Of a DNA stretch of 64,000 nt, positions 51,962 to 63,477 are shown piece by piece (the first letter of the stretch is position 1; every line of letters starts with the position of its first letter). Under the pieces are notes generated by a model that was given only the letters and a program-made list of their open reading frames with translations, was not told the DNA's origin and searched no databases. A program made the translations under genes and the position numbers. Source of the stretch: Chiloscyllium plagiosum (Eukaryota); the NCBI RefSeq assembly GCF_004010195.1, contig NC_057719.1:52213037-52277036 (forward strand), in the 5' to 3' direction.

Positions 51962-54402
51962 AAATGTGTTGTCTCTTCAGCAACCACCCCGAAAAACCAG
52001 GTTCATAGGAGTTAAAAGCCAGAGTCACTTTGACAGTCAAAGAGAGTACTTTGCCAAATTGTGGTTTTGCATTTGTGGCTGCAACAGTTGACAGATTTCA
52101 GACATTACCTCCTTTGTGAGGTGATAATATAATAAGAATTGATTATCACGGATGTTGATATAAGAAAATGGTTACCCAAAGACCTGTGCACATTATATCT
52201 ATGCAGAGGGTCATGCTACCTCACCCTCCTCTTTTCAAATAGTTTATCCTATTCTGTATGCCATCTTTTCATTTTCCAAGTCCTGTTCGATTCCCATAGA
52301 GAGCACTGCCTTCAATGTCTGGAGACAACTTATTTCAACTTAAATTTCTATACAGTCAAATTAGGAATTCAGCACCAGCCAGATAATTCCCTGCAGACTA
52401 TTGAACATTTACTCAAGGATGGAAATGCTTAAAACATCTGAGACACTAGCTATACAATCAAGCAACTAACCTGCAAGTAATTTAAGGTACCTTTAAATAG
52501 CAATTGTGGGGCATTGGGTGAAGTCCTCCAACTCATTTAACACATTCTCAACAGTGCAAAGCTAAGACAACATGTAACCTGGGGTTTGGGCTTCAGAAAT
52601 GGAAAGGCCATCAACAAATCAGTGATTAATATCATAGTTTGCATATGATTAATATCATAGTTTGCTTAGTCTACATGTTGCTAGTTGTTGTTAGATATGT
52701 GCATAGAAGTCCATTTACAAGATGACATCTTATGCAATTTCAATTAGAATTGCCTATACACATCTAGGATTCTATTTATGAACATCCAGAGAGCTTTTGG
52801 ATGCCTAATATTTGGATTCTATGGAGAGCAGCCTCTCTCCTATATTCAGCAAGATTTCATGAGAATTTTGGAATTCAGTATATTGGTAATTGATTTAGAC
52901 TTGCTCAGTTTTAGTCAAATTATGACTGGTGCAAAGCTTCTTTATCAACCATCAAGATTCACAGAAACAATATTCTACTCAAACTGAAGAGCTAGGTATG
53001 GATTGAAAGGGTTGATCAGCAATTCTTATGAGTTAAATTTCAGAATCATTCGCTTGCATGCAGTTGAATTGATACCAACAATCAATGTGAATTGTTATTT
53101 TCTAATTGATGGATGAGCAGAACTTTTAATATTCATTGCTTGGTCAAGAGGTTAACTTCATTCTAAACAGCTATGAAACAGTGTAATTGTGTATACATGA
53201 TTCTAGTGATTTAACCTGGCAACTGTTACAACAACATTTATGTCTTTCCATTTAATTTAAAGAATCTGCCTCTGCTGTGCTCCGATGAATGTTAATTGAA
53301 ATTCCATATCTGTATTATCATACTTTTCAAATATGATTGTCTGGTCTCAAAAGCATTGCATCTCCCCAGATCAAAATGTTTTTATTGGTTTAAATACCAC
53401 TTATTTATTGAATTACTAATATTTCACTGTTAAAATGTGGGGTTAAGAACCAAAAATGTGAAAAAGTAAAATAAGTAAAAAGCAGCAAATCGTCAACTTT
53501 ACTTCGTAAGCTCCATTAAGTAGCAAGGCATTGTAAAAAAAAAATAGCCAATTAAAACTATTCAAAGATCCCTCCCATTTCTTCCAGTTGCTTTTTTGTT
53601 TCTTCACTCAAGTCAGTGGATGTAGAGAGTAATAATAGATAGTTTTTTTTTCACTGTAGCTTCTCCTAACCTCTTACCACAATGTCAGTGAAAAACCAAT
53701 GAAAATTTTGAAGAAGAGACGTAAAGACTATTTCTTTCAGAATTCTGCTGAAGATACATTAGGAAATTAGGAAAATCAATTTAAATTCTACATAAAATTC
53801 TTATTTTAGTGATAAATGTCACACTGCTACCATGGGAATTTGGGTGGAATATTCTGCTTTCAGTCATTCTCAAGATGTGAGTATTATTAGAAAGGCCAGC
53901 ATTTATTGTACGTCTGTAATTAATCTGGAGAAGGTCATGGTGAATAACCTTTTGAACCAATGCAGTTTACATGGTATGGGTGCATTTACTTATGGTTAGT
54001 AAAGGCATTGGCCAAAGGTTAGTGAAGGAATGCCACTAAAGCTCCAAGTCAGTACGCATATGACCTAGAGAGAGACTTGTAGCTGATGGTGTTCCTATGC
54101 ACCTGCTGTGCGTGTTTTTTTCCCCTGGAAGTTGGAAGTCAAGTGTTTACAGGATGCTATTGAATAAATGTAGGTTAGTTACTGCAGTGAATTTACTGTA
54201 AGATGCATATTGCTGTGACTGAATGCTAAAGGTGCAGAAAGTGTCTGTTTAAGATGATGCATAGAGTGCTAAATGAATGGGCTGCTTTTACCTTGATGAT
54301 ATGGACCAATTGAGGTGTTTTTGGAGCTATAGTCATCTAAGGAAATGGTGAAAATTTCATCAAAGGCTAGACTTGTGCCTTGGAAATTGGCAAGTGTTTT
54401 GG

Positions 54403-54627
54403 CAAGATTAGAGTGGTGCTGGAAAAGCACAGCAGATCAGGCAGCATCCAAGGAGCAGGAAAATCGATGTTTCGGACAAAAGCCCTTCATCTGGAATCCT
54501 GATGAAGGGCTTTGGCCCGAAACGTCGATTTTCCTGCTCCTCGGATGTTGCCTGACCTGTCGTGCTTTTCCAGCACCACTCTAATCTTGACTCTGATCTC
54601 CGGCATTTGCATTACTCACTTTTGCCT
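54403..54627. mobile_element. Fold-back PLE-terminus insertion
   Basis: Inverted repeat 54403-54589 centred near 54496. Perfect TSD AAGTGTTTTGGCA at 54392-54404 and 54628-54640. Confidence 0.9.
54495..54530 (+). ncRNA. Intact minimal hammerhead ribozyme motif
   Basis: AATC-CTGATGA(54499-54505)-A-GGGC-TTTG-GCCC-GAAA(54519-54522)-CGTC-GATT. Stem I AATC/GATT, stem II GGGC/GCCC, palindromic ACGT stem III, GUC cleavage triplet. Confidence 0.85.
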
Positions 54628-55499
54628 AAGTGTTTTGGCAGTCAAGAAGTGAGTCAGAGCTCTGATTTACAATTGTAACCAATTGGAATGCCCACCCATT
54701 AAAACGCTTACTACTTATTGGAATTCCCAAGGGTGAGTCTAAATCAGGCCTTCATACCTTCTCTGAAAGGCCACTCAGATAATCACATCATTGACCTTAC
54801 TGCACGGCCAACATACTGGAAAATAATCTCACCAATTTCCTTCCCATCTGATTTACATCAGCAAGAATTGTCAGTAAATCAGCATTAATCAACTGTCCTG
54901 GTGTAGCTTGGCTGAAAAAGTAATTAGTCCTGGAGTACAAATCTACAATAAAACAGGGGAAATTAGCAATGAGTTTGTAATGACTTCGGGTGTTAAATAA
55001 CAGTGTTAAATAAGACGCAGAGATGTTATAAAGTGTCTTGATATGATTCAAATGACCTTTGATTTTCAACCTCACATGCAAATGAGTGTCATTCTTTATG
55101 TCCACAGGGCTAGGTGCATTAAATTTTTAAATTTTTTTTGCCGTAGTTACATCTTATTTCCTTTACAACAAAGTTGTGTTGACTTTCAGCACCAAGGAAA
55201 AGACCGTCTCCAACAGTGCCTTTGTTGATTTGCAGCGGGAGTAAGCAGGTTGGAAGTGGAAGGCCTGGCCTCATTTGGACGGTCTTGAGAGGATACTTCT
55301 GAGGGTCCAGAATGTGGTCCTTCCTCTTACTGGGTGCATGTGGTCTCCTTGTGAGAAAGAGGCTGAGGCTGTTTCTCCATGGCGGTGTGGACATCTCTGC
55401 AAGGTAAAGAGAGAGAAGGCACCCCAGCCAGTGATTAGGAGTGGCACACAATGTAAGACATTGACAGTGAGCTGACTGTGTAAGTTACAGGGGAAAGAA

Positions 55500-56275
55500 G
55501 AACGATATTTACTCACTTGACCAGACATGGGAGCAGTGCCGGTCTGCTGCAAGTGTCAAGATTTTATCGTCACAGTGGCTGAGAAATCTGATGGTGGACC
55601 CATCTCCTGACGAAGGGCTCTGGTCTGAAACATCAATTCTCCTGCTCCTCGGATGCTGCCTGAGCTGCTGTGCTTTTCCAGCAATACAGTCTGGACTCTG
55701 ATCTCCAGCACCTGCAGACCTCACTTTCTCTTGGTGGATCCATCTGTCCATGTCTGCCCTATTGAGGGCTGTTGTATTCTGAAATCAGAGTAAAGAACGA
55801 ATTGAGTGAGGTCAAAGTGGGTGAACAACTGTTAGTGCTGATGCAAGTGGGAGAAAGGTGGCGAGGTGTTCAGAGAGATTGAATAGGCGGTATAGAGTTC
55901 ATACAGGGTTAATAGTGTGAAAGGTTGGATTTGTGAGAGTGAGTTAGAGTGCATGCAATAGTCAAAGTGGCAGAGTGTGAGGCTTGGTAACAGAGAGATA
56001 GTGAAAGTGAGGCAGCAGAGAGAAGGGTGTGGGACTTAGCCTGGTGGAACAGAGAAGGTTATTGAGCTTTTTTAGCACTGCTGGCTATTCCTCTTCCCAC
56101 TGAGACAGCACTGATACCATTGGTGACTTTGGATCAGGCTACCAGAATCCAGTTGTGTTTCCTCCCTGTTGGCCCAGCACAAAGAAGACTTCGCTCCTTT
56201 GCACCACCCCAATCATCAGAACCTCTAGGACCCTGCCAGACAATTGCTCTGCCTTCTTCCCCTTCTCTGATATGT
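55500..56275 (-). mobile_element. PIF/Harbinger Myb/SANT-like gene remnant, intron-containing
   Basis: KGKKAEQLSGRVLEVLMIGVVQRSEVFF...SQQC*KKLNNLLCSTR. A second exon lies between acceptor TTTCAG (about 55779) and donor GTGAGT (55516-55511). Confidence 0.62.
55606..55731 (+). mobile_element. PLE-terminus mini-insertion starting at the HHR core
   Basis: Begins C-CTGACGA-AGGGCTCTGGTCT-GAAA-CATC. TSD TGGTGGACCCATCT (55592-55605) / TGGTGGATCCATCT (55732-55745). Confidence 0.87.
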
Positions 56276-57359
56276 TTGGGATCTATCCTTCAATGAATAA
56301 GACAGTTTCAGAATGCCAACAGTTGTCCGGCTTTTAAAATATGATCTGGGCACCATGCAGGCTGGACTTTGGTAGATATCCACTGATGGATGTATTCTTC
56401 TGAGAATAATGGTTGGTGCGATTGAGCCAGAATTAAACCTGAAGCCTACCATGAGGTGGCATAGATAATTAATATGAAAATTTGACAAGATACAAAGAGA
56501 AATCTCACTGTACCTCAAGGTGAGAATCCCTTTAAAAAATAATACAACTCACTTTTGCCATAAAAAGTAAATGATTCAGCTTTGTATACTTTGAAACTGC
56601 AGGGTAAGATTGATTTATACAACTTTATAATACAAAAGGTTCTAGTCTCTTCACATCAGACTAACAAAACATGTGGAAGAACATAGTGTGCAAAAATTAT
56701 AAAACTATCATATTTACCTGCTGCAAATCCATCCCATTTGTTTTCCACCATGTGCTAATAATATAGGTTAACGTGAATCCTCCATATAGTAGCATATCTA
56801 GATAGTACCTTGTAATATCTATAATGTTGTATTCAAAGACTTCAATAATATAACATCATTCAGAAAGCAAACGTTTGTATACAATAGAGCTGTATTCAAA
56901 TGAATAAAATTATTGAATGAACTCCAAATGTAACATAAATTAAGGCACACATAAAACAAAAGTATGTTGCACCTGTAAAAAGATATTTAAAAATAAATTA
57001 ATTAAACATTTTGTCCTATTGTAAGTTCTAATTAATTAGTTTAAAACCTTTATAACCTATTCGTTTTCGTCACAAATATAATTCAGAAATATCTAACACA
57101 TTAATTTAAATCATTTCAATTAATATTAAATACAACATTGTTATAATTATGTAATTATGTCTGGTATTTATTTTTGCTGGCACCTTCATTGAAACCTAGA
57201 CTGTTATGATCCCCAAGGTGGAACCTTAAAACAAAATAATTACGTTTATTAAACTTTCCCAAAATGAAGAAAATACCAACAAGGTTCTACTTGTTGTAGC
57301 TATCACTTACCATGAATCAGAACCACCACATATTACATATGGAATATAGATAACTGACA

Positions 57360-57580
57360 CCTCAGTTGGTTGGATTGATGCTCTCTGGTGTAGAATGATA
57401 TCAACACCGTGGGTTTGATTCCTGCATCAGCTGAGCTTGCCATTGAAGGATTCTCCTTCTGAACCTCTCCCTTCAACTGAAATGCGGTGACCCTCAGGTT
57501 AATTCATCACCAGTTGTCTGTCTGTCTCTCTCTCTGAAGAGAGATCAGCCCAATGATCTGGTAGGACTATGTTGACTTTT
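57360..57580 (+). mobile_element. tRNA-derived SINE
   Basis: CTCAGTTGG and GGTTTGATTCC boxes; same family as 11085-11246. Confidence 0.7.
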
Positions 57581-57939
57581 TCTTTCACCTCTACTATACG
57601 TCCAATAGGCAACAGCTCCTGTTTCCTTTCCACCAAGGATCAAAACTGACCTTTTCTTGAACCTAATTTGCTTTTCTTCTCAAGATTTCCTGGTTTTCTG
57701 ACTTCTGTTTCTGTCTGCTTTCCCTTTGTGTCTGTACCTGTGCAGGGATCACCTTCGCACCCAGCTACTCTGCGTGGTGCTCTCCTTTGTATCTACCAGG
57801 CAATTACTTTCCTTCCCAGAGGGAAAAATCAATAAAAAAAGGAACACTGAGAGATGAATGCATTGGTGTTTAATATCCTCCATTTTGTAGCATACAAGAT
57901 AAGTTGGACCCATCACGTTGGCCAGTTTTACTATTTTTT

Positions 57940-58370
57940 TCATCCTGGATTCCTGCTTATGTTACTTAATTGGCATCACATCTACGAACATTCAATCCCT
58001 CCACCACTGACGTTCAATAGCAGCCGTATGTACCATCTACAAGAAATTTATGAAAGATCCTTAGACAGCACCTTCCAAACCACAACCATTTCCATCTAGA
58101 AGGACAAGAGCAGCAGGTGCTTGGGAACACCACCACCTACATGTTCCCCTCCAAGCCACTCACCACACTGACTTGGAAATGTACTGCCGTTCTTTCACAG
58201 TCATTGGGTCAAAATCCTGGAATTCCCTCTCTTCTGGCATTGTGGGTCAACCCACAGCAAGTGGACTGCAGCAATTCAAGAAGGCAGCTCACCACCACCT
58301 TCTTAAGGGCAAATAAGGATGGGCTATCAATGCTGGCCAGCCAACGACGCCCATGTCCCACAAATGAACA
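57940..58370 (+). mobile_element. L2/CR1-group LINE 3' end
   Basis: Aligns to 43840-44180 (CCATCTAGAAGGACAAG, TTCCCCTCCAAGCCAC) and carries the complete shared tail. Confidence 0.85.
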
Positions 58371-58699
58371 AAACAAAACTTCTAGGTCAAGAGTCACCAG
58401 GTCATGTAGATTTTTAACAAGCTATAATCCCCTTAATTGGCCGCGCACTGCTACTGAGTGACAAACCCACCATGTCCCTTGTGAAAAGAATGAAAGATGA
58501 CGTGAAGTGCTCTCCAAGTCAAGACAGAACTCACCAGATTTCCCATCTGATTCTGTCACAAATGTCACCATAGCACCTATTGCTCAGACACACGGCAAAC
58601 TTTATTGAGCAAACATTTAAACATATGTTTATGAAAAGCATTGAAGATGACATAGAAGTTTTATGGCCAGGTGTTGGCCAATATATGCCATGACCTCAT

Positions 58700-58791
58700 T
58701 CAATAAAAACTGCAGTTGCTGGTGAAACTCAGTATCTGTGGAAAGAAACCAGAGTTAACATTTCAGGTCCAATGACTCTTCATCAGGAATC
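58700..58791 (-). mobile_element. PLE-terminus mini-insertion with HHR core
   Basis: Minus GATTC-CTGATGA(58786-58780)-AGAGTCATTGGACCT-GAAA-TGTT-AACTC. Confidence 0.7.
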
Positions 58792-59270
58792 TTTGCCTAA
58801 ACAACTGGCTTCCCCCACTTGCAGAGTGTTATTGATTGCATGCATTCATGCTGAAAGTGCCATTTCATACAGGGCTGATTTAATTAACAGGAAAGACTTG
58901 CATTGGATCGAAGTCCAAATCATATATGATCATCATTACAACATCTTAAAAGTCTGCTGTACGTACCCTGGAAGCTGCCATGACACCATTTTTGAGGACT
59001 CTCTGCTTCTTCAAAGGTGACTGCTGGAAGACAAGGCCTATTCTCTGCCACTATGGCTGAATGCTGCAATACACAACATTATGTCTGAGGCAGAGTATTG
59101 GTACAATGCAGCCCATTCTTTCACATTGCCATCATTGAGCAAATAATGGAGACCCCAAGATGAAGTTTTGATGTTGGATCAGTGTTGGGGGAATCTTGCA
59201 GTACAGTCTAGCCAAATTGTCCCACGTATTCTAAACACACTGTGCTCCATGCAAAAGGAGCAGACAAGAG
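58792..59270 (+). mobile_element. PIF/Harbinger (HARBI1-like DDE) transposase pseudogene fragment
   Basis: LINRKDLHWIEVQIIYDH, YPGSCHD, LLEDKAYSLPLWL, AEYWYNAAH, IIEQ, GGILQYS. Confidence 0.88.
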
Positions 59271-59354
59271 GGGGGATATGTTGAACAGTGTAAAAATTGT
59301 GTGAGATAACTCACCAATGTTCATGAAACTCCTTCATAAAACTCACCTTTCAGA

Positions 59355-59875
59355 AAGATGTTGTGAAACTTGAAAGGGTTCAGAAAAGATTTACAAGGAT
59401 GTTGCCAGGGTTGGAGGATGTGAGCTATAGTGAGAGGCTGAATAAGCTGGGGCTGTTTTCCCCGGAGCGTTGGAGGCTGAGAGGTGACCTTATAGAGATT
59501 TATAACATCATGAGGAGCATGGATGGGGTAAATAGACAAGGTATTTTCCTTGGAGTGAGGGAGTTCAGAACTAGAGGGCATAGGTTTAGGGTGAAAGGGG
59601 AAAGATATAAAAGGGATATAAGGGGTAATTATTTTCACACAGAAGGTGCTGCGTGTAAGGAATGAGCTGCCAAAGGAAGTGATAGAGGCTGGTACAATTA
59701 CAATATTTAAAAGGCATCTGGATGGGTATACGAATAGGAAGGGTCTAGAGGGATATGGGTCAGGTGCTGGCAAATGGGACTAGATTGGGTTAGGATATCT
59801 GGTCAGCATGGATGAGTTGGGCTGAAGGAACTGATTCCGTGCAGTACATCTCTATGTCTCTCTGACTCTATGACT
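59355..59875 (+). mobile_element. CR1 LINE (HER1-like) 3' end
   Basis: KLERVQKRFTRMLPGL, RLRGDLIEIY, RTRGH; (CTCTATGA)-like tail. Confidence 0.93.
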
Positions 59876-61794
59876 AAAACTGACGTTTAGCCAAAATCCT
59901 GTATGTGAAAATTCAACACAAAATTTCCACCTCTGATTTCTAATTCTGAGGGTGTCTTATTCATTACTAAGAAGTGCTTTTTATTGGCTTATGAACGGGG
60001 TCCCCAACTCTGTAGAGTCTTACAGGCTCAACAAACGTCCATCTTGTATACCACAGAAATAACATTTCATTGCTCAAACCATTGACACGCAGAGATACAG
60101 AGACGTACAGAGATGTACAAAGATGCCAAGTGTTTTAAAATCATTTATTTAACATTCCTAGGAATATTAAAGCAATCAAGACCAAATGTTTCTAGCTAAA
60201 TATAAAGATGTCCTTTTTAAAAATGTAGCTGTTTAGTTCTACATTTGTAGTCAATTGATCATTCCAGTAATAAAGTAAACCATTTTTGTTTAAAAATAGG
60301 TACCATTCTTGGTTCAAATTGCTATATTCAAACTTCTTAATTTTTTTCTATAAAGGTGGCAATCAAAACTTAATTGTGCCTAGTATATGAAAACAATGAT
60401 TCATCACCTAATTAGTCTGAATAAGGTTGTCAAAAGCAACAATACTGAAGCCTGGCAAATTGCCTGGCAACAAGGTACCACAAGCTGAGAATTAGAATCC
60501 AAGGAAAAAACCTTATCACATCATTTCTTACTGTGAGGATTCAATAATTTCCATTGTTCTTTTTTAAAGCTGGATGTCACATTGTCATCTGTGTTTTCAC
60601 TTTGCAAAGGATACTCTGAACCACACTGTTCAAGTTTTAACTCTTCACTTCCATTTTGTTTTCCATGTCTGTTTTATAATGTCCATATATTAATAAAAAG
60701 TCTCAACCAGGAAACATCTGAAATGTTACTTATAATAATTGCATTCCTCTCATTCCAGTTAAATTCAGGATCATTTTCGACTTCAGGTTCTTTTTCCTGA
60801 TTTATCCCATTGGTTTTCTTTCCCAGGAGATGCAGGTTTAAAACTGCTCTCCTTTTGCACAAGGAATTCATTTTTTTGTGTAAAAATCCTTTTTAACTCC
60901 TTTAATAAGTTTATTCATGTAATCTGGATGATCAGCTAAGAAAGCTTCATACTCTTTTTTCAGTTAGTTCATTATTTGTTTTAACTGCCTTTTTATTTGC
61001 TTTGGATCTATTCAATGCAAATTATTTTGTCTGTTTTCTTTCTAGCAAGAGGGATTGCCCATTTAATTTGAAGTTTTAAGTACCCTCCCTTGGTGTTTTA
61101 CAATGTCAATGCAGGGCCTTTTCATCTCTCCTTCAAAGCATGTTTCCCCTGTGTTTCATCTTCAGCTTTGAATATGGTTGCCATCTGCTTTGCTTCATCT
61201 CAGCACCAACATCCTAAAGCCAATTAGAGATGGCCTAGCCAGAGTTGACCACATCATCCAGTAAAGGATTGAAAAAAAGCCTGAATCATACTTTTTATGC
61301 ATTTTCAGTTCAGATGGTTTTATATTGTCGGCCACGTCACATTTTAAATTCACTTCATGTGAAGGAACAGGAGACCAACTTCCATCAATGCTTCAAATCA
61401 AAACCTTTTCACTTTTGAAAGAGCTTTATGTAATTTGATAACAGTGACTGTGCTGGTCCTATTTCTAAGGGTAATAATCAATTTGCCAACCGCACCAGAT
61501 GAACATTGTGCCACTGTACTACCCTCGAACCAAATTCTCCAAGGTTTTCCATCTCCTGGTCATCTTCTCAATGCATATAGGGACACTCTTGGTTTGTGTG
61601 TACCTTACAGGTCAAGATATTATTACTTGATTGGACAAATGTGACATGCTTGTTATTTAACTTGCAGCACTCAGGCTTCACATGCCCTTTCTTGTCATAA
61701 AGGCAGCATGTTGGTCTCCTTGAACTGAACCTATCAATTCAAGGACACTAACTCCTACACAAGCTTTCTAACTGGGGCCTATTACTAACATTTC

Positions 61795-62490
61795 ATCACA
61801 AAATCACAGAATTATTACAGCACAGAAGGAAGCCATTCAGCTCATCATGTCAGCACAAGTTCTTCAAATTAGCATTTCCCTGAATGCTAATATCTCATGA
61901 CTTCTCCCCATAACTCTGCAACAGTGTAATTCCCTTTTGAATACCTTGATTCAATCAGCCTCTACCACAACCTCATGCAGTGCATTCTTGACCTTAATTG
62001 TTTGTTGATGTGAAAAACATTTTTTGATATTCTTTTTGCTCATTCTGCCAATTACTTTTGCCCTTTTCTGAACCCTTCCATGAGAGGGAACAGTTTCTCC
62101 CAATCTACTTTGTTCAGACCCCACATGATTTTGAGTCCTTCTGGCAGATCTCCTCTCACCCTTGGAAAACTTTTCAGTCTATTTTCATAACCAAAGTTAG
62201 TGTTGCATCCCTGGAACCATTCTCAGAAATATCTTTTGCACTCTTTCTAATGCCTTCACATCTTTCTGAAATACAGTGCCCAGAGCTGAATCCAGCTAAG
62301 GCTAACTAGTACCTTCTATACAGAACCATAGAAAAACTATGGCACAGAAAGAGGCCATTCAGCTCATCATATCTGCTCCATACTCAACCATAAATTCCTT
62401 GCTTTTTTGCTCTATTCCCTGTTAAGAAAGCATAAACACTGCATTCTTTATTAAATGCTCCCTGTAAACATGCCCTGCCTCATTTAATCA
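61795..62490 (-). mobile_element. Old CR1 3' fragment with a second tail piece at about 62320-62380
   Basis: CR1-type tail (CACAGAA..AGCCATTCAGCTCATCAT) occurs twice; degenerate C-terminal RT. Confidence 0.6.
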
Positions 62491-62514
62491 ATGATACACA
62501 TATACACATGGAAA

Positions 62515-62755
62515 TATTATCACCTGCAAGTTCCTTTCCAAGCCATGCAACATCCTGAGTTTGAAATATATCACCGTTCCTTCAGTATTTTTGGGTCAAA
62601 ATCCCAAATTCCCCCTAATGGCATTCTGGGTCTACCTACAGTACATTGACTTCAGCAGATTAAGAAGGCAGATCACTGCCATCTTCACTAGGAGAACTAG
62701 GGATGAGTAATAAATACTGGCCTAACCAGAGATACCAACATCCATGAATAAACAT
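62515..62755 (+). mobile_element. L2/CR1-group LINE 3' tail
   Basis: Aligns to 58130-58370. Confidence 0.75.
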
Positions 62756-62847
62756 AAATAACACCATTACATGCTCAGTTGCAAGTGTTCCTTTAGCCTG
62801 CAAATTTAACACTTTGTCCAATAGGTCCCTGCTGCAACCTTACCATT

Positions 62848-63175
62848 GAGGAGGCAATGGTTCAGTGATATTATCGCTAAGCTATTATTCCAGAAACTCA
62901 TTTAACGTTCTGGGGACCTGGCTTCAAATCCTGTGGTGGGATTTAAATTCAATAAAAATAATCTGGAAATAGGAATCTAATGATGACCATGAAACCATGG
63001 TCAACTATTGTGGGAAAACCATTCTGATTCATTAAAGACCTTTCACAAATTAAATCTGTCATCCTTATGCCGTCTAGCCTACATGTGACTCCAGACTCAC
63101 AGTCGAATCTTAACTGCTCTCGAGGCAATTTGCGATGAACAATAAATACTGCCCCAGCCCTCACCCCATGAGTGA
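62848..63175 (+). mobile_element. tRNA-derived SINE with LINE-type tail (DeuSINE/SacSINE1-like)
   Basis: A/B-box-like TGGTTCAGTGA and GCTTCAAATCC; core CCTACATGTGACTCCAGAC (also at about 34850); tail GGCAAT..GATG..CAATAAATACTG. Confidence 0.68.
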
Positions 63176-63477
63176 TTTTAAAAGAAAAGTTTGGATTAAG
63201 ATATGAAACAAAGCAGCAGAAAGGAAAGTTATTTTTTTATAAATCACATGTTCAAAATCTCTGGCATCAATTGTAATGTAAACGAATGAAACTCCACCAT
63301 TGAAATAGCCAGACAGGTTGATCAATGATAATTAACATAAAGAGCATTTATACAGGGAAAGGGAAGACTTTATGTGTAAGTTTAGTTTGTATGGACCATG
63401 CTAGCAGAACAAAACATTAAATAAATACATTTCATGGGTGAGACAGGCAGTGAGATTCTGTTTTCATCAAAGCTAAC

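Larger units (their letters stand above)
53865..54660 (-). mobile_element. Old L2/CR1-group LINE 3' part
   Basis: Degenerate reverse complement of 43700-44180 and the shared tail; interrupted at 54403-54627. Confidence 0.65.

Noticed and set aside
52623..52665. 20-bp direct repeat TGATTAATATCATAGTTTGC with a 3-nt spacer
   Set aside because: Simple local duplication with two units; not a CRISPR-like array.
54403..54589. MITE or pre-miRNA interpretation of the long hairpin
   Set aside because: Arms match PLE termini at 2727-2826 and 14373-14500, and a one-sided tail plus 13-bp TSD fits retrotransposition.
60090..60125. Short degenerate tandem repeat (TACAGAGATG-like)
   Set aside because: Ordinary slippage repeat.
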